IMG/VR virus record: IMGVR_UViG_3300006217_000225
Origin: a virus
DNA: 36,682 nucleotides
Strand: one strand, 5' to 3'
A program made the position numbers and the translations under genes. Under the pieces are notes generated by a model. The model did not search any database. It was not told the origin of the DNA and saw nothing but the letters and a program-made list of their open reading frames with translations. Position 1 is the first letter of the stretch; every line of letters begins with the position of its first letter. Below, in pieces: positions 7,401-16,123 of the stretch.

Positions 7401-10361
7401 GTCGATACGGCTCGACGTGTATAGGCTTTTCTGCCCGTCATACGCCGGTTCGTTTGTCGACCATGGGGAGCCCGGAGTTTTCACCGTCGGGGTCTCGGGC
7501 TTGGACAGGGTGAGCGCATACCAGTTGGTGATCGCAGTCACCGAGATACCGGCCGCTCCCGGAGCGCCGTCTTTGCCGGGCGTGCCGGCCGCTCCCGGAG
7601 CGCCGGGCACACCCTGCGGGCCGGCCTCACCGGTGATGACCGCCGGCGTGGAATACTCGACCGACCCGTCACCATGCACGATACGTGTGCGGATCCACGC
7701 ATACTCGCCGTCGCCCACGGTGGGGGTGTGGGTGCTCCACACCAATTCGAGCACACTCACGCTGTTGTTTGGTTCGCCCTCCCACCATGTGCGTACCTCC
7801 GCCGGCGGTGTCTCTCGGCTATTGTTGACGGCGTATTCGATGGTTGAGGAGACCACGGTCTGTGCGGCTGAGTTCGCGGCCGATTGCGCGGCCTTGTTCG
7901 CCACATCCACCGCCGAAGCCGCCGCATCCACGGCGGTACCAGCGGTGGATACTGCGGCCCCGGCCTGCTGTGCGGCGGAGTTCGCTGCCGATACCGCGGC
8001 CCCGGCCTGTTGTGCGGCGTTGGCGGCCTGCTGTTTCGCGTTCGCCACATCGGTCTTCACCGTAGACAATTCCTGGTTCGCTGTGGCCAAAGCGCTCTTG
8101 TTCGTGGCGATATCGGTTTTCGCGGTTGCGAGCTCGGTCTGAGTCTGGCCCAGGGTCTTGTTGGTCTCCTTGAGCGCCGCGCTCGTTTCCGTGAGCTCGC
8201 TCTTCGCGGCCGTAATCGCGCTCTTGTTCGTGGCGATATCGGTTTTCGCGGTCGTGAGCTCGGTCTGGGTCTGGCTGATTTCCCGGTTCGCGGCCGCCAA
8301 TGCATCCGTGTTGGCCTTGATGCTGCTTTTCGCGGAGGCCAGATCTGTTTTCACGCCGTCGAGCTCTGTGTTCGCGGTGGCCAACGCGGTTTTGTTCGCC
8401 GCGATGTCCGTTTTCGCGTCGGCCACGTCATCCTTAACCTCGGCCAGTTCCTTGTTGGTCTGGTCGAGAACCTGCTTGTTCGCGGCGATGGTCTGATTGA
8501 TCTGGTCGAGATCTTCGGAGGAGACTGCGCCATGGCAGGTGACCTGTGCCGGTGTGCTCCAATCGCTGCGGTTGCCGGCATGGTCGACGGCGCGCAACGC
8601 GTAATAGCGGGTGTCGCCGTCGGAGAGGGTGGTGTCGAGATAGTCCCCGGCCCCGGACTGGGTAGCCGCGATCACGGCGATGTTGTTGGCACCGGTGCCG
8701 CGCCCGACCTCCACATGGTCGAAATCCAGCTCCATGCGACCACCATCGGCGGTGTTGCCGTCCCAGTGGATGGTGACGATGCCGGTCTCGCTGGCCAGCT
8801 GCGGTGTGGACGGTACGCTCGGCGGCGTCACATCCTGTGCGACATCGACAAACGTCACCGCCGACCAGTCGCCAAGCTTGTCGCTGTAGGTGGGGACCGC
8901 ACGCACACGCACCTGGATTGTGGTACCGCAGTCGAGATTGCCCCAGCTCAATGTGGTGTTGGTGGTCACGCCGGCACTGCGCCACGCCTCCCCGGCGGTG
9001 TTGGGACGCCATTCAACCCGGTACGAGTCGATCTCGATGCTGGTGTGGTTGGTCGCCTGCGTGACCCCGGCCCATTGCGCGGTGGCGAGCCCGCGCGCGT
9101 ACCCGTTCGCGTCCAGATACGCGTCGGTCTGCACCACAAGCCCGGTCGGAGCCATCGGGACACGATGGTCCTTTTCCGGTGCCGGTGCGGCCCCTGACGC
9201 GCCTCCGGCGACCGCACCGCCAGTGATGCCCTGGATGCGTTTCGCCTGCCGGGTCTGCGCATCATACAACCGGTCGTTGAGCATGAGCGCGCATTTGACA
9301 CCACCATCATTGCGGTTGGACAGTTCGACGCGCTGCACCCGCACCTTCTCGCCATGGGTGACGGTGGGCGCGGTGATCCAATCGCCCGGACGGTAGTCGA
9401 CCAACGGCAGGTGCTCGATGCCCGTGGTGAGGATCTGGCGCGTGTACTGGCCGCGCACACGGGCAGCAGCCGCGAGCTGCGTCTGCATCATCAACTGGGC
9501 GGTGTCCTTGTTGGACACGCCACCCTGCGACGAATACAGTTCCCATTTGCCCCACGGGGTGGGGGCGGCGGGGTTCTCCTGTGTGAACACCAGGCCATCG
9601 TCGCCGCGGATGAGGATGTTGCCGGCGAGCCCCTCGATGGTTTCCTCCTCGGGGGATTCCAATCCGGTCGCCAACGGGATGCGCACACGGGCGCTCAGGT
9701 CCCGGCACAATGCGGTCGAATCGGCGTTCCACATTTTGAGCATGCGTCCGTCGGTACGCCAATCGCACATGCCGTTCGCGCTCAGATTGTCGATGACCGT
9801 GTACAGGTCGATGCCGGCATCGTAGTAGAGCGTCATCTTGTACGCCCATGTGTCGCCGTTCGTGTCGCGTGCGCTGTTGAATCCGGCCGGCATGACGGTG
9901 GCCGCGCCGCCCCGCGTACGGTTCTCGTCGAGCAGCGTGTGCACGATCATGCCCGATGTCGCCGAATAGAACGGGCGTTTGCCATTGTTGCCAGTATCGG
10001 TAAGCAACGCACGCATGTTCAGGTTGAGGATTTTCTTCGTCAGCCAGATCCACGTCATGCAGTTGAGCGTGACCGTATCCGTATGGTCTTTGGCGTCCCG
10101 GGAGCGGGAGACGAGCAGGAACCGGCAATTGTACGGTTCCACCCATGTACCGTCATGTGTGGCGACCTCCATGCCGATCTCGAGGCCCTGCTCCAACCCA
10201 CGTTTGAGGATGTCCCCGTTGAGCGCAACACGCGGGTAGGTCATCGACAGGGTGCCCGCGTCATTGTGCTGCACGCTCGCCGACCACGAGCTCGGCTGCA
10301 GGAACCCTTGGAACACCCCGGCACTGTCATACGCCTTGAACCGTACATGCAGGTCGCTCAT
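4470..10361 (-). CDS. Giant tail fibre / tail-associated host-recognition protein (about 1963 aa), multi-domain
   Basis: Follows Dit. Domains read by eye, in order:
- a Tal-like N-terminal region;
- two FN3-like modules (about 8532-9161);
- a repetitive coiled coil (about 7842-8516);
- nine G-X-Y collagen triplets (7548-7631);
- a CBM/jelly-roll-like module beginning LQPNSGFEHG (about 6666-7103);
- 25 decapeptide repeats (5532-6281);
- a roughly 350-aa C-terminal domain.
Start chosen at the ATG at 10361, 4 nt after the Dit stop. Confidence 0.85.
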   Translation of the reverse strand: MSDLHVRFKAYDSAGVFQGFLQPSSWSASVQHNDAGTLSMTYPRVALNGDILKRGLEQGLEIGMEVATHDGTWVEPYNCRFLLVSRSRDAKDHTDTVTLNCMTWIWLTKKILNLNMRALLTDTGNNGKRPFYSATSGMIVHTLLDENRTRGGAATVMPAGFNSARDTNGDTWAYKMTLYYDAGIDLYTVIDNLSANGMCDWRTDGRMLKMWNADSTALCRDLSARVRIPLATGLESPEEETIEGLAGNILIRGDDGLVFTQENPAAPTPWGKWELYSSQGGVSNKDTAQLMMQTQLAAAARVRGQYTRQILTTGIEHLPLVDYRPGDWITAPTVTHGEKVRVQRVELSNRNDGGVKCALMLNDRLYDAQTRQAKRIQGITGGAVAGGASGAAPAPEKDHRVPMAPTGLVVQTDAYLDANGYARGLATAQWAGVTQATNHTSIEIDSYRVEWRPNTAGEAWRSAGVTTNTTLSWGNLDCGTTIQVRVRAVPTYSDKLGDWSAVTFVDVAQDVTPPSVPSTPQLASETGIVTIHWDGNTADGGRMELDFDHVEVGRGTGANNIAVIAATQSGAGDYLDTTLSDGDTRYYALRAVDHAGNRSDWSTPAQVTCHGAVSSEDLDQINQTIAANKQVLDQTNKELAEVKDDVADAKTDIAANKTALATANTELDGVKTDLASAKSSIKANTDALAAANREISQTQTELTTAKTDIATNKSAITAAKSELTETSAALKETNKTLGQTQTELATAKTDIATNKSALATANQELSTVKTDVANAKQQAANAAQQAGAAVSAANSAAQQAGAAVSTAGTAVDAAASAVDVANKAAQSAANSAAQTVVSSTIEYAVNNSRETPPAEVRTWWEGEPNNSVSVLELVWSTHTPTVGDGEYAWIRTRIVHGDGSVEYSTPAVITGEAGPQGVPGAPGAAGTPGKDGAPGAAGISVTAITNWYALTLSKPETPTVKTPGSPWSTNEPAYDGQKSLYTSSRIDYSNGQFSWTPVQTSSAYKATQAAETAARDAITTATNAATTADTAKKAAEAAKTDAADAKTTAGNASSVATQANATAASAQQAATSAQTAANILMQQAADLQPNSGFEHGTDYWATNVAGAAFVETSQFAHSGSRRAYLNRGLGTKELIGTQAVRAVTDRRYRLSIWYKLINMGTASAGGLRLQYSTDGKNWADTNAKTEIRATTGDGWAYSSCDLVATSSTPLLRARLAYNQPVDMYVDDFRLQDITEAWEAQQAADTAQATAAQAKKDAANADAKAVSAAAAAAGAQTTADSKSTVYTQPDEPLHDNLTPGDVWRRTSTKSPETYWLGTPNDSVSVLVIHADEVEETLVWNGTRFTSYYLFLDSLAVTGSISTDLLAANAVTAEKIKALAITTDKLAANAVNADKIAANAVTADKIKAGSVVADKIAANAITVEKIAANAITSEKISANAVTATKIAALAVNADKIAANAITAEKIAALAITAEKIAANAITTDKLAANAVNADKLAANAITAEKIAANAVTAEKIKALAITTDKLAANAVNADKLAANAVTADKIKAGSVVADKLAANAVTTAKIAALAVNADKIAANAITAEKIAALAITADKIASGTITSDKIKSGQFVGYVFTGAVFQSHTEDNKGFKLRDGALDMWNANGDKTVHLDGEGNENILVGTLQTALSGDRIVISPKFSTTTIGSDQYQTGSGISFPLSGTYAMAPYIATESNDSLYGAISTITINGGMRTDGSAGAGTGFGSFMRIGQTRNASTKTEMASVYMTANCDYLHKSPDTSRREWRSSFSLSQTSGDGSRAEIAARKPNAWAQLLVRADDAQNNGATWLQMSASVDNKKPVGILANSQTGILHLGGYLGGMDGRATFVASWSENSSNTLKEYAKITHTFGVTPPAYGRYKSMVSLDSDKPGCYWSASTCNEKSGSFQVIVRAMPRHVMVNTTQYAVLFDESNAVRYNLVTLSYLISS
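5532..6281 (-). repeat. 25 tandem in-frame 30-bp (10-aa) repeats, consensus AANA(I/V)TA(E/D)KI, within the fibre gene
   Basis: The protein splits exactly into 25 consecutive decamers (TDLLAANAVT, AEKIKALAIT, ... SDKIKSGQFV). Blocks of 4-5 units recur at offsets of 140 aa and 120 aa. Confidence 0.9.
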
Positions 10362-10365
10362 ATTA

Positions 10366-11235
10366 TCACCACCACGATTTGTAATATCTGACATAGGTTT
10401 GTTGCCCTGCAGGCACGCCATGCGTGGTCAGGGTCACACGGTATTTGCCGGCCGCGTCCGGCCAGATCTGCAATGGTCCATTCGCACCGTAGTCGAGGCC
10501 GGCCGTCACGTCCGCGCCACCGGTCCATGCGGTGGCGTTGCCACTGGTCCATGCATGCAGACGTTTTGGATCCACATACAGGTAGCCGCTCGTCGTCGTG
10601 CCGGACCATGCGATGCTCGTGCCGCTGGTCGGGTCGGTGAGCGTCATCGCGTCCACGCCCTTCGGCACACGGATGATCATGTCATCGATCGGCGCGTCGG
10701 ACTGGTAGCCATCCGGATACCCGTCCGGCGCGAGCACGCTCACGCTGTTGTTCGGTTCACCCTCCCACCATGTGGCCGGGCCGGGTATGGCAGAGGCATC
10801 CAACAGCACGCCATCGTCGGGCAGGGCGGTCAGGGTCGGGTCAGGGGCACGCCAGAACGGGCTCGTCATGGAGAACACCGCCGTGTACCGCGTATACCTG
10901 CCGAGCGTTGTGTCGTCCGCAGTCAGACTGGCCAGCACGACCTCGGCGCACCGGTCCATGAGCTGGTCCGGCATGCGACGGGTCAGGATCAGATGCGGCA
11001 TGGTGAGCAGGCGCAGCACGCGCCGCGTCTGCGCCCACCCATCACTGCCCGCGCACCCGATTTTCATGGTAAGCGTGCGCTGGCCGACCACGGGAGGGAG
11101 GGGAGGCACGGTGATGCCGTGCACGCCGGGCACCGTGACCACGTCCACGACCGGGCTGATGGGGGAGAGCCAATCGGACCCGTGCTCGATGACGCAATTG
11201 CCGTCGTCCAATACCACGCCGTTGATCAGATACAT
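10366..11235 (-). CDS. Distal tail protein (Dit)
   Basis: Lies immediately after the tape measure. GGGAGG RBS. 289 aa, a typical siphovirus Dit position and size. Confidence 0.7.
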   Translation of the reverse strand: MYLINGVVLDDGNCVIEHGSDWLSPISPVVDVVTVPGVHGITVPPLPPVVGQRTLTMKIGCAGSDGWAQTRRVLRLLTMPHLILTRRMPDQLMDRCAEVVLASLTADDTTLGRYTRYTAVFSMTSPFWRAPDPTLTALPDDGVLLDASAIPGPATWWEGEPNNSVSVLAPDGYPDGYQSDAPIDDMIIRVPKGVDAMTLTDPTSGTSIAWSGTTTSGYLYVDPKRLHAWTSGNATAWTGGADVTAGLDYGANGPLQIWPDAAGKYRVTLTTHGVPAGQQTYVRYYKSWW

Positions 11236-11247
11236 GCCACACCTCCC

Positions 11248-14200
11248 TTATGCGTCCTGGAACCTGTGGTCGGAATCATCGGCGGACTTCAACGGCCATG
11301 GTTGGGCGACCGGATTGTTGATCGTCTGGTAGATCGTCGTCGACCCAGCCGCCTTGCCATCATCGCCCTGCGGTGGCTCATACGGACGCCAACCGCCCGT
11401 ATTGACGCCGGGCATTCCCATTCCGTTGAGGCGTGCCTCCACACCGAAATCGAGGCCTTTGCCGATGACCATGCCGGTCATCTCGTCCATCGCCTTGCCG
11501 ACTCGTGAGGCGGCGTCGTCGATACCGATGGCGAGCCCCTCGTCCAGCCACTGGCCGTACTGCTTGAATATGCGCGATGGGCTGCCGATGCCGAGCACGC
11601 CCTTGGCCCAGCTCAGCACGTTCGAGCCGAGCGAGCAGATCTTGTCACGCACCCAGCCGAACATGTCACCGATACCATTGATCAGTCCTTGGATGAGGTT
11701 TCTGCCGGTGTCGCGCAACCATTCGCCGGCACCCCTGAGCGCGCCGAACACAGTGTCCTTGATGCTGCGAACCTTGTCGCCGATGAACCCGACCGCACTG
11801 CCGACCGCGTTCCGCATACCATTCCAGATGCCTGAGAAGAAACTGCTGATGCTGTTCCAGACACTCGTCCACGTGGACCGGATCGCATTGACCGCGTTCG
11901 TGATCGTGCTGCGGATCCCGTTGATGACCGGGGTGAAGAACGCGACGATACCGTTCCACACCGTCTGGAAGAAACTCGAGATCGCGCCCCACACGGAATC
12001 CCATGTCGCTTTGACCGCGTTGACGACCGTGGTGATCGTGTTCGAGATGCCCTCGATGATAGGCGTGAAGAACGCGACAATGCCGTTCCAGATGCTCTGG
12101 AAGAACCCGCTGACCGCGGTCCATACCGTGTTCCACGTCTCCGAGATGAACGTGCACACGGTCGTGATCGTGTCAGAAATGCCCTGAATGACCGGGGTGA
12201 AGAACGCGACGATCGCATTCCACACCGTCTCCCACACGGCCTTGATACCGTTCCAGATGGTCACGAACACGGCCGCGACGACGATGAAGCAGTTCTTGAT
12301 GAACTCACCAATCGGCATGATGACGTTCTGCACATATGCCTGGATGAAACCCCAGACGGCCTCGAACACCGTTTTGACACCATTCCACACCGTGTTCCAC
12401 ACGGAGGATACGCCGTCCCAAATGCCGGTGAAGAAACTCGAGATGCCACCCCACACGGATTGCGCGACGGAACTGATACCCTCCCACAATCCGGAGAAGA
12501 AGCTCGAGAGTCCCTCCCAGGCGGCCTTGCCTACCTCGCAGATCTTCTGCCACGCATCACCCAGCCACGACGTGAACGCAGCCCACGCCTTGCGCCCGAC
12601 CTCCGTTTGGGTAAAAAACCAGACGAGCGCGGCGACCACCGCCGCGATGGCGGTGATTATCGCGCCAATGGGGTTGGCGGCGATGATTGCATTGAATGCG
12701 CCCTGTACCGCGGTTGCGGCCTTGGTGGCCGCGCTCCATGCGGTCTGCGCGTTCTTGACGATGTTGAGCTGTCCGCCCATCTGCTTGAGCATTTGCACCG
12801 GTCCGCCCAGATCCATCATGAGCTGGATGCCGTTGCTGACGCCTTTCGCGGCTCCGGTGACGGTGTCCATCGTGCCTTTGAGCACCTGTAATCCGTTGTT
12901 GAGAGCCTGATACCCCTTGACACCGGCGAACGCCGTCCCGATTGTACCCAATGCGGCGACGATGACGCCGGGGTTCCGGCTGAACCAGCCGAGTACATCG
13001 TCGAGTACTTGCAATACCGGTTTGATCAGGTCAGCGATGGTTTTGAACGCGTCACCGACCGTCTGGCCGAACGATTGCGCGCCTCCGGCGGCACCGGTCA
13101 TCCGCCCGATCGCGTCGATGACGGATCCAAACACGTCCGTGGCACTGTTGATCACGTCCAATACGACGCCGAACACGTCTATCCACGCATCGAACACACC
13201 GGTGTCAGCGAACGACCGCGCGAAATCGGCCACCCACTGGATGCCATTGGAAAGCCAGTCAATGAGCTGGCTGACACGGTCCATGACGTCAGCGAGCGCC
13301 GACGCGGCTGTATTGCGTAGTTGTTCCCAGACACCGGCCGGGAGTAGGTTGCCCCAGTCGGTGTTGGAGAGTTTCGCGGTGAGCCCGTCCCACGCGGCCT
13401 TGAGAGTGTCGATGGCCCCGAGATCCTTGACGCGGTCCCACAATAGTGAGAACTGGTCTTTGGTGAACGTGACCATGCTGGCGGCCGCGTCGCCGATCTT
13501 GCCGAACTGGCTGCTGAACCCGTTGATCGCGCCGGCGATGTTCTCCACGCCGAACGCTTCGACGACCTTCTGCACGGCCTTGGCGACACGGTTCCTCACG
13601 TTCTCGATGGCGGTGCCGATGCCCTGTGTCGCGTCCTTGGCCTGCTGCGCGAACGACGCGTACTGGGCGAACCCGTTCTGGTTCAAATCGACGATGGCCT
13701 TGTTGAAATCGTCGAAGCTGTAGGTGCCGTCCTTCATGGACGCGTACAGGTCGTTGGCGTTGTGGCCGGCACCCATCATCGCCTCGGCGACCTGGTTCAA
13801 TTGGCCGGGCATGGCCGCCTGGATGGAGCGCCATGCGGCCATGTCCACCGTGCCCGCGGAGAGCATCTGCGTGTACTGGGCGAGCGCGTTCTCCTGCTCC
13901 ATCGTCGAAGCGCCACCCGCCAACATCGCGTTGTTGAACGCCAATGAGATGGTGGTAGCCTCGTCAAGGTTCGAGGTGAGTGGGGCGAGCTGTTGGACCA
14001 TGCCGGTCATCGCGCTCGATGTGGTGGGTAGACCATCGAGGGAGTCGGAGATCTTCTTGATGCTCTTGGCCGCGTCCTCAGAGGAGTACCCGAGGTTTTT
14101 CATGACCTTGGGGAAGTTGTTCATCTGGTCCGCGCGGCTGACGGCACTGGAGATGCTGGATCCGATGGTGTCCATCGCCTTGCTGGTGATGGCGCTGGCG

Positions 14201-14379
14201 GCCCCGATGACCGCGCCCATCTTGGCTTTCAGGCCGCCGGCGAACCCGCTGCCGGCGGCCTTGCCTCCCGAGAGGCCGGCCTTGCCGCTGGCACCGTCGA
14301 ACGCGGAGACGATGGCGTTGCCCACGCCCTTCATGCTGGGCACGATGGCCACGTATGCCTCGGCGAGTTTGATTGCCAT
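11248..14379 (-). CDS. Tape measure protein (1043 aa)
   Basis: Largest gene after the chaperones. Gly/Ala-rich N-terminus. Repeated W/F-rich units (...WNGIVAFFTPVI.GI..TIT..VNA...W..VW). Contains the GIGSPSRIFKQYGQWLDEGL motif. Confidence 0.9.
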   Translation of the reverse strand: MAIKLAEAYVAIVPSMKGVGNAIVSAFDGASGKAGLSGGKAAGSGFAGGLKAKMGAVIGAASAITSKAMDTIGSSISSAVSRADQMNNFPKVMKNLGYSSEDAAKSIKKISDSLDGLPTTSSAMTGMVQQLAPLTSNLDEATTISLAFNNAMLAGGASTMEQENALAQYTQMLSAGTVDMAAWRSIQAAMPGQLNQVAEAMMGAGHNANDLYASMKDGTYSFDDFNKAIVDLNQNGFAQYASFAQQAKDATQGIGTAIENVRNRVAKAVQKVVEAFGVENIAGAINGFSSQFGKIGDAAASMVTFTKDQFSLLWDRVKDLGAIDTLKAAWDGLTAKLSNTDWGNLLPAGVWEQLRNTAASALADVMDRVSQLIDWLSNGIQWVADFARSFADTGVFDAWIDVFGVVLDVINSATDVFGSVIDAIGRMTGAAGGAQSFGQTVGDAFKTIADLIKPVLQVLDDVLGWFSRNPGVIVAALGTIGTAFAGVKGYQALNNGLQVLKGTMDTVTGAAKGVSNGIQLMMDLGGPVQMLKQMGGQLNIVKNAQTAWSAATKAATAVQGAFNAIIAANPIGAIITAIAAVVAALVWFFTQTEVGRKAWAAFTSWLGDAWQKICEVGKAAWEGLSSFFSGLWEGISSVAQSVWGGISSFFTGIWDGVSSVWNTVWNGVKTVFEAVWGFIQAYVQNVIMPIGEFIKNCFIVVAAVFVTIWNGIKAVWETVWNAIVAFFTPVIQGISDTITTVCTFISETWNTVWTAVSGFFQSIWNGIVAFFTPIIEGISNTITTVVNAVKATWDSVWGAISSFFQTVWNGIVAFFTPVINGIRSTITNAVNAIRSTWTSVWNSISSFFSGIWNGMRNAVGSAVGFIGDKVRSIKDTVFGALRGAGEWLRDTGRNLIQGLINGIGDMFGWVRDKICSLGSNVLSWAKGVLGIGSPSRIFKQYGQWLDEGLAIGIDDAASRVGKAMDEMTGMVIGKGLDFGVEARLNGMGMPGVNTGGWRPYEPPQGDDGKAAGSTTIYQTINNPVAQPWPLKSADDSDHRFQDA

Positions 14380-14380
14380 G

Positions 14381-15075
14381 TCAGCCTCCCATCGTGGTGT
14401 CGGTGAATTCCTGGGCGAGGAATGCGTCGAGTGCGCCGGCGCTCATGGTGAGCGTGTCGTCACGCATGCTGTGCGTCTTGCCGTCGCCGGGCCGTGGCAA
14501 TGGGCGTGGTTTCCTGCCGCGGTGTTTCGGGTCGGATTGGCCCCACATCCACATCTGCCATTGGTCGACGAGCGTGGCGAGCAGATGCTGGTCCATGGTC
14601 CACGCGCGTGGCGTATCCAATGTGCGCCACACCATGCTGCCGTCGGGCAGGTTGGCGGCGAGTTGTGCAGCCTCCCATGCGCCGATGCTGGTGATGTCGA
14701 GCCCGTATACCCGCCGAAAGTCCGCGCGCAACGCGGCGGGGCATTTGCCGGTCAGGTATGCGAGCGTCAGGAGTTTGGGTCGATGCCTTCCATGAGGCCG
14801 GTGAGGAACCCGGTGACGGTCTCGACGGGCAGGCGTCCGTCCTCCTGTTCGAGTTCGCGCATGGCGCGCTCGTACTGGTCACGGCCGAGCAGGGTGCGCA
14901 GGAACCGTACGAGCAGTTGCGGGGACGTGTTGTCGCCGTCCTGCATGTCGGCGATCATCTCGACGATGCGCCAATCGTCGAACACGGCCGGGCTGAGCGT
15001 GACCTTCACGCCGCACGAGGTGATCGTCTTGGGCTTGTCCTGGTCGAACACCGTTGGTGTTTTCTTCGCGGTCAT
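14381..15075 (-). CDS. Tail assembly chaperone frameshift product (gpGT-like, -1 shift at 14782-14788)
   Basis: The -1 frame is open from the slippery site down to 14381. It ends 1 nt before the TMP start. Confidence 0.7.
14767..15075 (-). CDS. Tail assembly chaperone (gpG-like)
   Basis: 102 aa, located between the major tail protein and the tape measure. Contains the slippery site near its 3' end. Confidence 0.8.
   Translation of the reverse strand: MTAKKTPTVFDQDKPKTITSCGVKVTLSPAVFDDWRIVEMIADMQDGDNTSPQLLVRFLRTLLGRDQYERAMRELEQEDGRLPVETVTGFLTGLMEGIDPNS
14782..14788 (-). promoter_or_regulatory. Programmed -1 ribosomal frameshift slippery heptamer C_CCA_AAC
   Basis: The minus-strand sequence CCCAAAC has CCA and AAC in the gpG zero frame. 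The X_XXY_YYZ pattern is satisfied, 5 codons before the gpG stop. Confidence 0.7.
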
Positions 15076-15097
15076 CTAATGGGTCCTCCTATGCGAG

Positions 15098-15124
15098 GGG
15101 CCGCACGCGATGCGCATGCGGCCC
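15098..15124 (-). promoter_or_regulatory. GC-rich hairpin after the major tail gene (attenuator/terminator-like)
   Basis: gggccgca (15098-15105) pairs with tgcggccc (15117-15124) around an 11-nt loop. No U-tract. The GGAGG RBS of the chaperone gene follows. Confidence 0.4.
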
Positions 15125-15146
15125 GTTGTCTCATTGTGGTTCTGGC

Positions 15147-15743
15147 TCACTTGCCGGCGGCGGCTGTGGCTGTGCCGATGTATTCGCGGCTGGTGCCGCC
15201 GTTGATCTGGTCGGACGGGAGCGCGCCCAGGGTCACGTCGTAGCCGAGCACCTCGGTGCCCGAGAGGGTGCGGTCGCCGAATTCCTTGCGCACGGCGCGC
15301 GGGATGACGAACCGGTCCTTTTTGTTGCCGGTCAGGGCGAGCTCCACGACGAGCACGAACTCGGTGTCGTCGGGCATCGTGTGCGTGATGGAGAGCGCGC
15401 CGTCCTCGCCGGTCACGTTCTGCTCGCCGTAGCGGATCTGCGCGGCGCTTTTGCGCATCGCCTCGATGAGCACGAACTGGTACGTCTCCGAATAGCTTGT
15501 GATGATGCTCAGGACGTTCTCGCCGCCCATCTCCTTGACATCGGTGGTTTCGGAGTCCGACGCGTTCGTGATGCCGTCCTCGCCGATGTAGCCCAGTCCG
15601 ATGTATGCCGCCGGCAGCGCGGTGGCCGCGTCGGCCGGCAGGGCCGTGCCCTTGGGGGCCCAGTAGGCGTAGCCGGTGACGTTTGTCTTGCCAAGCGAAA
15701 CGTTCGCGGGATTGTTCCTCTGTGTGTCTGGTGTGGTGGCCAT
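15147..15743 (-). CDS. Major tail protein
   Basis: 198 aa from the ATG at 15743 (TAATG overlap with the upstream stop). Position between the tail terminator and the chaperones. Confidence 0.75.
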   Translation of the reverse strand: MATTPDTQRNNPANVSLGKTNVTGYAYWAPKGTALPADAATALPAAYIGLGYIGEDGITNASDSETTDVKEMGGENVLSIITSYSETYQFVLIEAMRKSAAQIRYGEQNVTGEDGALSITHTMPDDTEFVLVVELALTGNKKDRFVIPRAVRKEFGDRTLSGTEVLGYDVTLGALPSDQINGGTSREYIGTATAAAGK

Positions 15744-16123
15744 TATGGTTCGCTTTCTGTGTAGTTGGTTTTGATGGTCAATTGGCATGTGACCTGGTAG
15801 CGTGGCCGGCCGTCGGGGTCGGGGAAATCAGTGATGGAGAGGATGTCCACGTCGGCCACGTCGTCGAGGTCGGTGACATGCCGGATGCGTTCGGCGGTGC
15901 GGTTGGCGAGCTCGCTCGCCTCCCATCGGCTCTCCGCCCATGCCTGGACGGCGAACAGTGGTCGGCTCACGAACGGCGTTTCGCTGCCGCCGGTGCGTTC
16001 CACGGTCAGGTACCTGCCGGGCGACGTACTCGACGCCGTGGCCGGCAGGTTCAATGTGGCGCTCACCGGCCGTAACACGGGGCTGGTGTTGAGCCAGTCC
16101 ACCATGAGTTTCTCCGCGTTCAT
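15743..16123 (-). CDS. Tail terminator / head-tail joining protein
   Basis: About 126 aa, located directly before the major tail protein. ATGA overlap with the upstream gene. Confidence 0.55.
   Translation of the reverse strand: MNAEKLMVDWLNTSPVLRPVSATLNLPATASSTSPGRYLTVERTGGSETPFVSRPLFAVQAWAESRWEASELANRTAERIRHVTDLDDVADVDILSITDFPDPDGRPRYQVTCQLTIKTNYTESEP

Noticed and set aside
7548-7631. The collagen-like G-X-Y run, considered as an independent gene or eukaryote-like contamination.
   Set aside because: It is in frame inside the fibre ORF. Short collagen triplet runs are a known trimerisation element in phage fibres.
2319-10361. A diversity-generating retroelement or an invertase shufflon acting on the fibre/minor tail genes.
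   Set aside because: The window contains no reverse transcriptase, no template/variable repeat pair with adenine-specific differences, no serine/tyrosine invertase and no inverted repeats flanking these genes. All are on one strand.
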